This document shows, in pieces, positions 1 to 9,446 of a stretch of 37,967 bases of DNA. The notes below the pieces were generated by a model. That model had not been told where the DNA came from. It saw nothing but the letters and a program-made list of their open reading frames with translations, and searched no databases. The DNA is from Clostridia bacterium (lineage in GTDB: Bacteria > Bacillota > Clostridia > DUPQ01). The stretch's first letter is position 1; each line of letters opens with the position of its first letter. The stretch lies in NCBI GenBank assembly GCA_030590175.1, contig JAUUZE010000003.1:1-37967 (forward strand). Direction: 5' to 3'. A program made the position numbers and the translations under genes.

Positions 1-2
1 AT

Positions 3-506
3 GAAGAGTTTATATATGAAAATGAAGAGAGACAATTAAACTTTATAATGGACGCTATTAAAGGAATAAGAAATACTAGAAGTAATATGGATGTTAAACC
101 ATCTAGGAAAGCTTCACTAATTTTTATAACTGATGATAAAGATATTAAAAAATTGCTTATTAGTTCTTCAAACTATTTTGAAAAATTAGCATATGCTAGT
201 GATGTATCAATTATTGATTCTACACAACCAATTCCAGAAAAAGCAGTTTCTCTTGTATTAGATAAAACAACACTGTATATACCTCTATCAGATTTAATTG
301 ATTACAAGGCAGAGCTTGCTAGGTTACAAGGAGAAAAGAGTAAATTAGAAAATGAAGTAAAGCGAGCTTCTTCAAAATTAAATAATGAGCGATTTGTTAG
401 TAAAGCTCCAAAAGATGTGGTTGCTGAAGAGCGAGAAAAATTAACAAAGTATGAAGAGATGTTAAGTAGAATTATTATACAAATTGACACATTAAAAAAC
501 CAATAA
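3..506 (+). CDS. valS: Valyl-tRNA synthetase, C-terminal part (5'-truncated by window edge)
   Basis: Frame open from base 3; IRNTRSNMDVKPS, IPLSDLID..AELARL and KLNNERFVSKAPKDVVAEEREKL are the ValRS anticodon-binding domain and coiled-coil arm. Confidence 0.95.
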   Translation, partial: EEFIYENEERQLNFIMDAIKGIRNTRSNMDVKPSRKASLIFITDDKDIKKLLISSSNYFEKLAYASDVSIIDSTQPIPEKAVSLVLDKTTLYIPLSDLIDYKAELARLQGEKSKLENEVKRASSKLNNERFVSKAPKDVVAEEREKLTKYEEMLSRIIIQIDTLKNQ

Positions 507-538
507 TATACCTAAAAAAATTATATTAAAATTCTTAA

Positions 539-562
539 AACTCCCCTAGAAATAGGGGAGTT
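539..562 (+). terminator. Hairpin, probable valS terminator
   Basis: AACTCCCCTA-GAAA-TAGGGGAGTT, perfect 10-bp stem after valS stop; U-tract weak. Confidence 0.7.
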
Positions 563-614
563 ATTGGCATATACTCACAATAATAGTATCTGTAAATATT
601 TGCTAAAAAAAATA

Positions 615-632
615 TTGTTAAAAAATTGACAC
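615..632. promoter_or_regulatory. Putative Rex (NADH/NAD+ sensor) operator overlapping -35
   Basis: TTGTTAA-AAAA-TTGACAC, 2 mismatches to clostridial Rex consensus TTGTTAAnnnnTTAACAA. Confidence 0.6.
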
Positions 633-654
633 AGTGTTTATTTGATGGTAGATT
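626..654 (+). promoter_or_regulatory. Sigma-A promoter of mbx operon
   Basis: TTGACA (626-631), 17 bp spacer, TG-n-TAGATT (649-654). Confidence 0.7.
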
Positions 655-660
655 ATAAGT

Positions 661-692
661 ACATATTATCATATTAGAATATGATGATATGT
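661..692. repeat. 32-bp inverted repeat at predicted transcription start
   Basis: ACATATTATCATATT-AG-AATATGATGATATGT, 15-bp arms with one mismatch (G-U in RNA). Confidence 0.8.
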
Positions 693-721
693 GGAAGATT
701 TTACATAAAAGGGGGGATAAT

Positions 722-1207
722 GTGAAAAGATATTTTTCAACATTTATACTCTGTTTTGGTGTTTGGCTTCTCTTAGCAGGAGTACAACCAGTGGAACTCA
801 TTGTTGGCGCAATCGTATCTGCGATTATCGCTTTCATAGCAAAAAGTATATTTACTTATGAACTGACTTGGAAATTCCCAGTCAATTTATTACTGTTTAT
901 TGTTTGGTACATACCAATATTTTTAGTTGAACTAATCAAAGCAAATATTGATGTTGCTATTAGAGTACTAAATCCCAAAATACCAATTAATCCAGGGTTT
1001 GTAAAAGTAGATACCAAGGTAACAAATGAACTTGGCAAATTAACATTAGCAAATTCTATTACTTTGACTCCAGGAACGATTACAGTTGATGTAGCCGAAG
1101 ATGGATTATTTGTTCATTGGATTGATGTCAAAGGAAAAGACCGCGAAGATATATCTTCACGTATTGCTGGAAAATTTGAAAAAGTGTTAAGGAGGATATT
1201 TCAATGA
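722..1207 (+). CDS. mbxA: Mbx/MBS subunit A (MnhE/MrpE Na+/H+ antiporter subunit E)
   Basis: ANIDVA, INPG, LANSITLTPGT, VHWID motifs; GTG start at 722 after GGGGGG RBS. Confidence 0.9.
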   Translation: MKRYFSTFILCFGVWLLLAGVQPVELIVGAIVSAIIAFIAKSIFTYELTWKFPVNLLLFIVWYIPIFLVELIKANIDVAIRVLNPKIPINPGFVKVDTKVTNELGKLTLANSITLTPGTITVDVAEDGLFVHWIDVKGKDREDISSRIAGKFEKVLRRIFQ

Positions 1208-1455
1208 GTACAATTATTTTCTTATCTTTAGCAGGACTAGGTGTAGTTTTTTCTGTTTTTCGTTTAATTGTAGGGCCTACTCCATTTGATAGAATAGTAA
1301 GCCTTGATGCAATGAATATTTTAATAACTGGGTTATTAGTAGTTATTGCTTTAATACTTGATAGATCTTTATATCTTGATATTGCCATTGTTTATGCAAT
1401 TTTAGCATTTTTAGAAACTGTGGTATTTGCCAAGTTTTTGGAGGGTAAATCATGA
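1204..1455 (+). CDS. mbxB: Mbx/MBS subunit B (MnhF/MrpF)
   Basis: RLIVGPTPFDRIVSLD, YLDIAIVYAILAF; 3 TM; ATGA overlap. Confidence 0.9.
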   Translation: MSTIIFLSLAGLGVVFSVFRLIVGPTPFDRIVSLDAMNILITGLLVVIALILDRSLYLDIAIVYAILAFLETVVFAKFLEGKS

Positions 1456-1793
1456 ATATAGCAGGAATTATTTTATTAATAGCTGGAGGCTTTTTCTATG
1501 CTATTGGTGGTCTTGGATTAGTCAGAATGCCAGATATTTATAACAGAGCACAAGCTGCGACTAAGGCTACAACTTTAGGAACAATTTTTACATTAATAGG
1601 AGTAGGGCTTTATCAACCAACTTGGTTCCCGAAACTTGCAGTTATAATTATATTTATTCTAATCACCAATCCCATAAGTAGCTCAACCTTAATAAGATCA
1701 GCTTATAAGAGTGGTGTTAAGGCAACTGATAAAACAGGTGTCGATGAATTGAAAGATTATTATGAAAAGGAGGAAAGTGATGCAAATAGTTAA
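1452..1793 (+). CDS. mbxC: Mbx/MBS subunit C (MnhG/MrpG)
   Basis: GLVRMPDIYNRAQAATKATTLG, TNP motif. Confidence 0.9.
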   Translation: MNIAGIILLIAGGFFYAIGGLGLVRMPDIYNRAQAATKATTLGTIFTLIGVGLYQPTWFPKLAVIIIFILITNPISSSTLIRSAYKSGVKATDKTGVDELKDYYEKEESDANS

Positions 1794-2034
1794 TATTATC
1801 GAAATAGCTGTTAGTGTTTTTCTAGTATTATTTGCACTTGTAGCAGTATTTTCTAAAAACCTTATAAATAGTATTATTTTTCTATCAATCATGAGTATGT
1901 TGGCTGTTGTTGCTTTTGCATTATTTAGAGCACCTGATGTTGCGATTACTGAAGCAGTTATCGGTTCTGGTTTAATAACCTTCATTTTTATTATTACCAT
2001 AAAAACTGCGAAGAAAGCAGGTAAAGAGAAATGA
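1780..2034 (+). CDS. mbxD: Mbx/MBS subunit D (DUF4040/MbhD-like)
   Basis: APDVAITEAVIGSG motif; ATG 1780 after AAGGAGG. Confidence 0.85.
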   Translation: MQIVNIIEIAVSVFLVLFALVAVFSKNLINSIIFLSIMSMLAVVAFALFRAPDVAITEAVIGSGLITFIFIITIKTAKKAGKEK

Positions 2035-2774
2035 AAAAAATATTTATTGGAATCTTTGTAATTGCTTTTAGCGTAGTATTTTTACTAGCTATTTCAAATA
2101 GTGTTGATTTGTTTACGTATAATGATTCTTTATCAAGTGATAGTGTGTCAAATGGTTATATCAATAAAAACGTAACAAAAAATCAAAGTGAAGTTATTTT
2201 TAATGAAACTACTGATGCAGAAACAGGTTCTGCAAACATTGTAACTAGTATAATAGTAAATTATCGTTCTTTTGATACTTTAGGAGAGGTTACAGTTCTG
2301 TTTCTTTCTGCTATTGGAGTATCACTATTATTTGGTTCAACAGGAAAATTAGCTGAGAGGAAAAAAAGTGGTTTTATTCTACGAACAGCTGCTAGAATTA
2401 TTTTTCCAATGTTATTAGTAACAGGAACATATTTGTTTACTCATGGACATTTAACACCAGGTGGAGGTTTCCCAGGTGGTGCCATGATTGCAGCATCCTT
2501 TTTATTACTTTATTTAGCTGATGAAAAATTTGTTACAGCTATTGAGAAAATTAAACTAGTAGAAGGTAGTGCTGGTACACTTTATGTTCTTATTGGAATA
2601 ACAGGATTAGTAACTGGAGGATATTTCTTAGCAAACTTCATACCAACTGGAACAGTTGGTCAGTTAATTAGTTCAGGAATTATTCCTTTAATATACGTAT
2701 TAATTGGATTAAAGGTAGGCGCTGAAATTACTTCAGTTGTTAGCCGTTATTTACAAGAGGAGGTAACTTCATGA
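2031..2774 (+). CDS. mbxF: Mbx subunit F (MbsE; MbhE plus MnhB domains)
   Basis: NIVTSIIVNYRSFDTLGE and HGHLTPGGGFPGG motifs. Confidence 0.9.
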   Translation: MKKIFIGIFVIAFSVVFLLAISNSVDLFTYNDSLSSDSVSNGYINKNVTKNQSEVIFNETTDAETGSANIVTSIIVNYRSFDTLGEVTVLFLSAIGVSLLFGSTGKLAERKKSGFILRTAARIIFPMLLVTGTYLFTHGHLTPGGGFPGGAMIAASFLLLYLADEKFVTAIEKIKLVEGSAGTLYVLIGITGLVTGGYFLANFIPTGTVGQLISSGIIPLIYVLIGLKVGAEITSVVSRYLQEEVTS

Positions 2775-3115
2775 TTAGAGTAGCCTCATTACTATTATTA
2801 ATGATTGGATTGTATGGATTATTATCTACTAGAAATGTTATTAAAATGATTATTTCTATTAATATCATGGAATTAGGTGTAAATATCTTTATTGTCTCCA
2901 TTGGTTTTGTTACAAATGGTGTTGCACCAATTTTAACTAGTCAGGTCAATTCATCACTTAGTAATTTTGTAGATCCTTTACCACAAGCATTAGTATTAAC
3001 ATCTATTGTTATTGGTTTAGGGATAACAGCATTAGGGTTAGCATTTGCTAGAAAGCTATACAAAAAGTATGGCACCTATGATTTAGCAAAGATAGGAGGT
3101 ATGAAAGATGAATAA
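2771..3115 (+). CDS. mbxG: Mbx/MBS subunit G (MnhC/NuoK-like)
   Basis: DPLPQALVLTSIVIG motif. Confidence 0.9.
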   Translation: MIRVASLLLLMIGLYGLLSTRNVIKMIISINIMELGVNIFIVSIGFVTNGVAPILTSQVNSSLSNFVDPLPQALVLTSIVIGLGITALGLAFARKLYKKYGTYDLAKIGGMKDE

Positions 3116-4544
3116 TCCTGTATTATTAATTGTCATACCGTTATTATTAGCATTTTTATCTGTAATTATTAAAAAAGCAGGTAAATGGCTATTATTAGTT
3201 GGTTTACTTTTCAACACAGCATTGGCATTCTTTATTACAACGGGTGAAACTATTATTGGTGGATTTGCTCCTCCATATGGAATAAATCTTGTTGTCGATC
3301 AATTTACTTTAGTAGGAGTTATCTTAATAAACACATTAATGCTCATTACAATTGTTGTGTCATTTGATTTAGTGGGTAAATATTCCATTGTTTTATTAAC
3401 AGCATTAGCAGGTATTAATGGTATGCTTTTGACAGGTGACTTATTTAATCTGTTTGTCTTTATGGAAATTACAGTTATTGCAGCATATATTTTAAGTGCT
3501 CAAGCTAAAAAGTATCACCACACAATAACCTATTTGGTAATTGGTTCAGTTGGTTCAGTTTTATACTTGCTAGGTATTATATTATTGTATAACTTAACAG
3601 GTAGTTTAAATATGGCTGATGTAGCAGCAAAATTACCTCTATTAACTACTAAAGAACTTTTAGTTCCAGTCTTATTGATTTTCATTGGGATTGGTGTTGA
3701 AGTTAAATTAATGCCTGTAAGTGGATGGGTTAAAGGAGTTTATTCAAATGCAAATAGACTTATTGCTCCATTATTCGCATCAGTAATTGCAGGAACTGCT
3801 CTATTTGTTTTTGGTAAATTATTCGTAAGCGTCTTACCAGTTAGTGATACTTTAACATTATTAATGTTAATTATGTCAGTTATGACTTTTGTCTTTGGTG
3901 AGTTTGCAGCATTTAACCAGAAAAGAGTAAAAAACATTCTACTTTATTCAAGTATTGGACAAGCTGGTTTAGTTACTGCTTTGTTTATATCAGGTTTAGT
4001 ATATGCAGCTGTGATTTTACTAATTAGTAATGTTATTTCTAAATTAATTATGTTTACCATTGCAGGTGCTTTTACTGAAAAATATGAAACTGATGACTAT
4101 GAGTCATTAAACGGTGTATTTGTTCATAATAAATTTACTGGGATAGCATTTACAATTGCAGCTTTATCTATGGCAGGTATTCCACTATTAATTGGTTTCT
4201 ATGCTAAGCTAAATATCCTTATTGGATTTTTCCAAGCGCAGAACTATGTTCTTCCAGCAATCATTTTACTTATGGCTATAGTTGAAGGGGCATATATTAT
4301 TAAGTTATTACTAGCTCTTTGGGCACCTGGAAAAGAAGGACAAGTTTCAGAAAAATCATTTGCAGTAGAGAAAAAACAATTATTATCAGTTAAAAATACA
4401 ATAATCTGTTTAATAGTTGCCTTAGTTATTATTGCAGGTGGAGTATTAATAGATATAACAGAAAAAGTTGTAACAGATGGACAACCACTATTAGGTGATC
4501 AATCACCATCATTTACAATATCTCAAAGTAAAGGAGGGGAATAA
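3108..4544 (+). CDS. mbxH: Mbx/MBS subunit H (MrpD/NuoN-like ion-translocating subunit)
   Basis: Polytopic; APPYGI, TGDLFNLFVFMEI, LSMAGIP..GFYAK. Confidence 0.88.
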   Translation: MNNPVLLIVIPLLLAFLSVIIKKAGKWLLLVGLLFNTALAFFITTGETIIGGFAPPYGINLVVDQFTLVGVILINTLMLITIVVSFDLVGKYSIVLLTALAGINGMLLTGDLFNLFVFMEITVIAAYILSAQAKKYHHTITYLVIGSVGSVLYLLGIILLYNLTGSLNMADVAAKLPLLTTKELLVPVLLIFIGIGVEVKLMPVSGWVKGVYSNANRLIAPLFASVIAGTALFVFGKLFVSVLPVSDTLTLLMLIMSVMTFVFGEFAAFNQKRVKNILLYSSIGQAGLVTALFISGLVYAAVILLISNVISKLIMFTIAGAFTEKYETDDYESLNGVFVHNKFTGIAFTIAALSMAGIPLLIGFYAKLNILIGFFQAQNYVLPAIILLMAIVEGAYIIKLLLALWAPGKEGQVSEKSFAVEKKQLLSVKNTIICLIVALVIIAGGVLIDITEKVVTDGQPLLGDQSPSFTISQSKGGE

Positions 4545-6367
4545 TGACTTTAATTACTGTATTAATCACCCTGCTTACCTTAGCAGCAGTTACATATTTA
4601 TTATCACTTGTTAATAGCAAATTAGGAGCTTACTTTACTATTGTAACTTCACTAGCTACGATTGTTATGCTATTTTTAATAAAAGATAGTATAGGTCAAT
4701 CTTATAGCTTGTCGTTTTTCACTTTTAAATTAACAACTGTTGGATGGTATTTTTCCATGGTTATGGTGACAGTATATTTCACAACAGCTTTTCTAAATCC
4801 ATTTTGGATAAAAAAAATGATTTATCCTGCTGCATATAACTTATTCTTTTTAGTTTCATTAATTGGAACAATTGGAATGTTTTTTGCCAGAGATTTCATT
4901 ACTTTATTCATTTGTTGGGAAACAGTGGTATGGACATCTACTTTCATTATACAGATGGGAAAATCTAGAAAATCATCTTATGTATACTATGTAGTTAGTG
5001 CAATTGGTTCAATGGTAACACTTTTTGCAATGATGTTAGTTTATCAAGTTTCTGGAACATTAGAAATTTCAACAGCATTTAGTGCGCTTTCTGGACAACC
5101 AGTATTAGCTTTAATTGTATTCTTTACATTTATATTAGCTGGACTTAGTAAAATTGGTATATTCCCATTTCATGTATGGTTACCAATGGCACATGGAAGT
5201 GCTCCACATACCTTTTCACCGGTATTATCAGGTGGACTAGTAAAAATGGGAGCATTTATCGCTTATCTAAGTGTTACAGCATTTGCAGCTTATGAAGTTT
5301 TTGCTAATACATTCACTATTATGGGAATACCAGCACCTTTATACATAATTATGGTGCTTGGTGCAATTTCAATTGTTGTGGGAACAGTGATGGCCATTAG
5401 GCAAGATGATGCTAAAAAGTTATTAGCATATTCCTCTGTAGCAAATGGAGGATATATATTAATTGGAATTTTATTATATGATCAAATAGCTTTTGCAGGT
5501 GGAATGCTTCATTTAATTTCCCATGCATTAGCTTCAGCTACAGCTTTTATTACAATTGCCATAGTGGCATATCGTACTGGAACAACAAAAATGTCAGAAT
5601 TAGGTGGCATGATTCATAGAATGCCAGTAACTTATACTGTTTATTTAATTGCAATTATATCCATGGCAGGAATACCTCCAATGGGTGGATTTGTTTCTAA
5701 ATGGTTAATATTACAAGGACTTGCAGATCGTGGGTTATTATTCCTAGCGGCAGCTGCTTTCTTTGGTTCAATTGGTTCATTTATGTATGTGTTTAGACCA
5801 CTTAGTGCTGTATTCTTAGGTCAATTAGCTCCAAAATATGAAAAAATAAAAGAAGCTAATATAATGATGCAAATTCCAATGTACTTATTAACTATAGCAA
5901 CATTATTAGTTGGAGTATTCCCAAATGTTGTATTACGTGTCATAGCTGATATTCAACTTGAAGCTGGAATACAAGAAATAGTATTAGTTGGAAACACAAT
6001 TGTAGTATCAAATGGTGTATTAGACGCTTTAAGAGTATTTATTGTATTCGGATATGGTTTCTTAATTGCTTTAGTAATATTCATCTTAAGGAGAAAGAGC
6101 AGAAGGGTAACTTTAATGGATACCTATACTTCAGCTGAGTTTATTCATACACCAGAGTTATTACATTATTCAAGTAATTTTTATGCTCCTTTTGAGCGAT
6201 TAACAAAAAAACCTTATCCAGTACTTAACTTATATGAAAAAGTATCAATTAAGATAAAAGAGATTGGGCATATGGCAGAGAGCCTATTTTCAAGTTCTAA
6301 ACCGGCAATTACCATATTCTGGATTATCATTGTGTTTGCAATATTTTTCTTAGGAGGTGTTCTATAA
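4544..6367 (+). CDS. mbxH': Mbx/MBS subunit H' (NuoM/NuoL-like ion-translocating subunit)
   Basis: KIGIFPFHVWLPMAH, QDDAKKLLAYSS, GIPPMGGFVSKW. Confidence 0.88.
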   Translation: MTLITVLITLLTLAAVTYLLSLVNSKLGAYFTIVTSLATIVMLFLIKDSIGQSYSLSFFTFKLTTVGWYFSMVMVTVYFTTAFLNPFWIKKMIYPAAYNLFFLVSLIGTIGMFFARDFITLFICWETVVWTSTFIIQMGKSRKSSYVYYVVSAIGSMVTLFAMMLVYQVSGTLEISTAFSALSGQPVLALIVFFTFILAGLSKIGIFPFHVWLPMAHGSAPHTFSPVLSGGLVKMGAFIAYLSVTAFAAYEVFANTFTIMGIPAPLYIIMVLGAISIVVGTVMAIRQDDAKKLLAYSSVANGGYILIGILLYDQIAFAGGMLHLISHALASATAFITIAIVAYRTGTTKMSELGGMIHRMPVTYTVYLIAIISMAGIPPMGGFVSKWLILQGLADRGLLFLAAAAFFGSIGSFMYVFRPLSAVFLGQLAPKYEKIKEANIMMQIPMYLLTIATLLVGVFPNVVLRVIADIQLEAGIQEIVLVGNTIVVSNGVLDALRVFIVFGYGFLIALVIFILRRKSRRVTLMDTYTSAEFIHTPELLHYSSNFYAPFERLTKKPYPVLNLYEKVSIKIKEIGHMAESLFSSSKPAITIFWIIIVFAIFFLGGVL

Positions 6368-7287
6368 TGACTGTGATGAATTTTGTTTATGGCTTTATTG
6401 TCTTATTGGCAGCATTTATTTTTCAGACAGCTTTAACAGGTGTTAATAGAAAAGTAACTGCACGTATACAAAAGAGATATGGACCTAGATGGTATCAACA
6501 GTTTTTAGATATCTTCAAAGCGCTACGTAAAGGTTCAATTACTCATGGATGGGTATTTGACTTTGGTGTAATAATGGCACTTGGAGGAATTATGGCAACG
6601 GTTATTTTCATTCCTGTTGCTGGATTTGAAGCATTCCCAAATATGGATAATGTATTTGTAATTTCTTATCTACTAGCTGTTGGAATGCTAGGAATGGCTA
6701 TGAGTGCAGCAGGTTCTGGTAACCCTTGGGCAAGTATAGGTGTATCTAGAGCACTAACCAATATGGTTGCTTATGATGTTCCATTAATGATTGTAATCTT
6801 TACATTAATATTTGCCTTTGATACAGCCTCTGTATCAGAAATTGCCGCTATGCAACAAGGAATGGGTGTTCTAGGTTGGAATGCCGTTAGAATGCCTTTA
6901 GGAGGCATTGTAGCCTTTATAGCATTGTTTGGTATGTTGGGTAAAAAACCCTTTGACTCTTTCATTGCTCCTGCTGAAATTGCTTCAGGACCAATGGTAG
7001 AATATGGTGGAAAACATTTAGGATTTATGTTCATTTTACATGAACTAATGACATTTATTGAAGTATCATTAATTTTAAGTTTATTCTTTGGTGGTGGAAG
7101 TTCAATTTTAGTATATGCCATCAAATATGCAATATTATATACTCTGGTCAATATAATATCTCAGGTTATGCCTAGATTTAAAATTGATCAAGCTGTTAAA
7201 TTTTTCTACAGAGTTCCGTTAGTTTTCGCAATTATTCAGGGCTTAGTAGTCATCTTCTTAGGATGGGGGGTATCTGTATGGTTTTAG
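6367..7287 (+). CDS. mbxM: Mbx/MBS subunit M (NuoH-like membrane anchor)
   Basis: RKVTARIQKRYGP, PFD, EIASGPMVEYGG, PRFKIDQ. Confidence 0.9.
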   Translation: MTVMNFVYGFIVLLAAFIFQTALTGVNRKVTARIQKRYGPRWYQQFLDIFKALRKGSITHGWVFDFGVIMALGGIMATVIFIPVAGFEAFPNMDNVFVISYLLAVGMLGMAMSAAGSGNPWASIGVSRALTNMVAYDVPLMIVIFTLIFAFDTASVSEIAAMQQGMGVLGWNAVRMPLGGIVAFIALFGMLGKKPFDSFIAPAEIASGPMVEYGGKHLGFMFILHELMTFIEVSLILSLFFGGGSSILVYAIKYAILYTLVNIISQVMPRFKIDQAVKFFYRVPLVFAIIQGLVVIFLGWGVSVWF

Positions 7288-7829
7288 AAAATCAAGATAA
7301 CAGAAACTTATGGGAAAAAATCGGTGATTTTTTCAGTGCCAACTCAATTTGGATGAAATGGTATTGTACTGGTTGTGGAGCAATTGAATTGCCTCCAACA
7401 ATGACATCACGATTTGATATGGAACGTTTAGGAATGGGGCCAATGGCTACACCTAGACAAGCAGATGTACTGCTTATTACAGGTTACTTAAGTAGCAAAA
7501 CACTAAGAAGGGTTATCTACTCTTATGAGCAGATGCAAGATCCTAAATATATTGTAGCTTTTGGTTCATGTACAATCAATGGAGGAATCTACTATGATTC
7601 CTATGCAACTATTAATCAGTTAGATAAATATATACCTGTTGATTTGTATATTGCAGGATGTATGCCACGTCCAGAAGGAATTATGAATGCTTTTGCTGAT
7701 TTAATTACCATGATAAAAAAAGGGCAAGCCAATGGATGGCGCCATTACCAAGAAAATTATGAATGGTATAAGCAAAATCAACTAGACTCATTAAAGGAGG
7801 TAATTATACATGATGAATTCCATGAATAA
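7278..7829 (+). CDS. mbxJ: Mbx/MBS subunit J (NuoB-like Fe-S subunit)
   Basis: CTGCGAIE, PRQAD, GSC, GCMPRPE; ATG 7278 after a G-run RBS. Confidence 0.92.
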   Translation: MVLENQDNRNLWEKIGDFFSANSIWMKWYCTGCGAIELPPTMTSRFDMERLGMGPMATPRQADVLLITGYLSSKTLRRVIYSYEQMQDPKYIVAFGSCTINGGIYYDSYATINQLDKYIPVDLYIAGCMPRPEGIMNAFADLITMIKKGQANGWRHYQENYEWYKQNQLDSLKEVIIHDEFHE

Positions 7830-8328
7830 TATTATCAAACAAATTGATGATGTCTTAACAATTACAAATAGTGAAATTATTACCAATAGACAGTTTGCTA
7901 TTGATATAAATAGTGGCGATGTTCATCAGTCATTAGCATATTTAAAATCAATTGGATTTACTCAATTAAGTATTCTTACTTGTATTGATTTGATTGCTAA
8001 TAACGAGTTCCAATTAATCTACATTCTTAATAACTGGGAACTAGGATTGTTTGTTATAGTTAGAACCATAATACCTAGAGACAATCCAGCATTTGTTACA
8101 ATAATAAATATTTTTCCAGGTGCAAAGTATTATGAGCGAGAAGTACATGAGTTCTTTGGAGTGACCTTTGAAGGAAATGATTCCTATTCTAAACCATTAC
8201 TACTAGAAATTTGGGATGATATACCTCCACTTAGAAAAGATTTTGATCCCCAAGTATATTCAGATAGTAAGTTTCCAAAGCGTGATTTAGATAAAATATA
8301 TCGCTCTAAAATAGGAGGTGTTGACTAA
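7810..8328 (+). CDS. mbxK: Mbx/MBS subunit K (NuoC-like)
   Basis: EREVHEFFGVTFEG, PPLRKDF. Confidence 0.9.
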   Translation: MMNSMNNIIKQIDDVLTITNSEIITNRQFAIDINSGDVHQSLAYLKSIGFTQLSILTCIDLIANNEFQLIYILNNWELGLFVIVRTIIPRDNPAFVTIINIFPGAKYYEREVHEFFGVTFEGNDSYSKPLLLEIWDDIPPLRKDFDPQVYSDSKFPKRDLDKIYRSKIGGVD

Positions 8329-9438
8329 ATGAAAGAAGTAAAACTGTTTTTAGGTCCTCAGCATCCTGGAATGCATGGAAACTATAGTGTTCATATGTAT
8401 GTTGATGGAGATATAATAAAAAAAGCACGTCCTACACCTGGGTTTTTACACCGTGGTTTTGAAAAACTTATGGAGAGAAGACTTTGGATGGGTAATTTAG
8501 CTTTAATTCCTAGAATTTGTGTTGTGGAACCAGATATTAATGAAATGGTTTATGCACAAGGAATTGAAACCCTAGCTAATGTAGAAGTTCCTGAAAAAGC
8601 ACATTGGATTAGAATGTTAATTTTAGAAATGGCTCGTTTAGCTATTCATATTATGGGGTTAGGAGGCATTGGTGGACCTACTGGAATGTACACAATCACT
8701 TATTGGGCTATTGCACAGCGTGATTTGATTTTAGATTTATTTGAAGAAATAACTGGAGCTAGAGTTTATCATATGTATATTGTACCAGGTGGTGTTAGAA
8801 AGCAATTACCAGTTGGGATTTTAGATAAAGTTAGTAAGTTATTAGACGAATTAGATGTTAAAATTCCAGAGTATAAAGAATTAGCACTAAAACATCCTAT
8901 TATTCATAAACGTATTAAAGATAATATTATGTTACCAGCTGATGTTGTATGGGAACTAGGTGTAACTGGTATTGGAATGAGATCTGCAATAGGAAAAGAA
9001 TATGACCTTAGAAAAGTTCAACCATATGCTAGATATGATCAAGTTGAATTTGATGTACCAATTGCAAATTATTCAGATGGGTTAACTAGAATGAATACTA
9101 AGTATAAGGAAATTTTCCAAAGTATTAGAATTCTTAGGCAGGTTATTGAAAAAATGCCAAAAGAAGGCGAAGTTAGAACTAGAGTTTCTACTGGAAGTGC
9201 ACTGCGTTGGACAGTTCCAGCTGGAATGGTCTATTCTGCTATTGAATCAAGCAGAGGAGAATATGGATATTTCATTGTATCAGATGGAAAAGAAATGCCT
9301 TATCGTATAGCTGTTAGAGGCGCGTCTTTCCCACAGGGGCTATTAGGTATTGAAAAATATTTAGTAGGTCATAGAATTGATGATGCATCCCTTTGGATGG
9401 ATACAATGGGTGTTTGCTCACCAGAGATAGATAGGTAG
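8329..9438 (+). CDS. mbxL: Mbx/MBS subunit L (NuoD-like catalytic subunit, no NiFe site)
   Basis: GPQHPGMHG, HRGFEKL, RICVVE, ESSRGE, C-terminal CSPEIDR. Confidence 0.92.
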   Translation: MKEVKLFLGPQHPGMHGNYSVHMYVDGDIIKKARPTPGFLHRGFEKLMERRLWMGNLALIPRICVVEPDINEMVYAQGIETLANVEVPEKAHWIRMLILEMARLAIHIMGLGGIGGPTGMYTITYWAIAQRDLILDLFEEITGARVYHMYIVPGGVRKQLPVGILDKVSKLLDELDVKIPEYKELALKHPIIHKRIKDNIMLPADVVWELGVTGIGMRSAIGKEYDLRKVQPYARYDQVEFDVPIANYSDGLTRMNTKYKEIFQSIRILRQVIEKMPKEGEVRTRVSTGSALRWTVPAGMVYSAIESSRGEYGYFIVSDGKEMPYRIAVRGASFPQGLLGIEKYLVGHRIDDASLWMDTMGVCSPEIDR

Positions 9439-9446
9439 GTGATTAT

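Noticed and set aside
594-606. 13-bp match (TTAGCAAATATTT) shared with the near-palindrome at 30836-30852
   Set aside because: Very AT-rich; a match of this kind is plausible by chance, and the flanking genes have no evident link
689-721. Longer mbxA start at ATG 689
   Set aside because: Lies in the palindrome with no RBS; GTG 722 has a well-spaced RBS
7278-9438. Group 4 NiFe hydrogenase or canonical complex I
   Set aside because: Only one Cys of each NiFe CxxC motif remains; no NuoEFG or NuoA; gene order matches mbx
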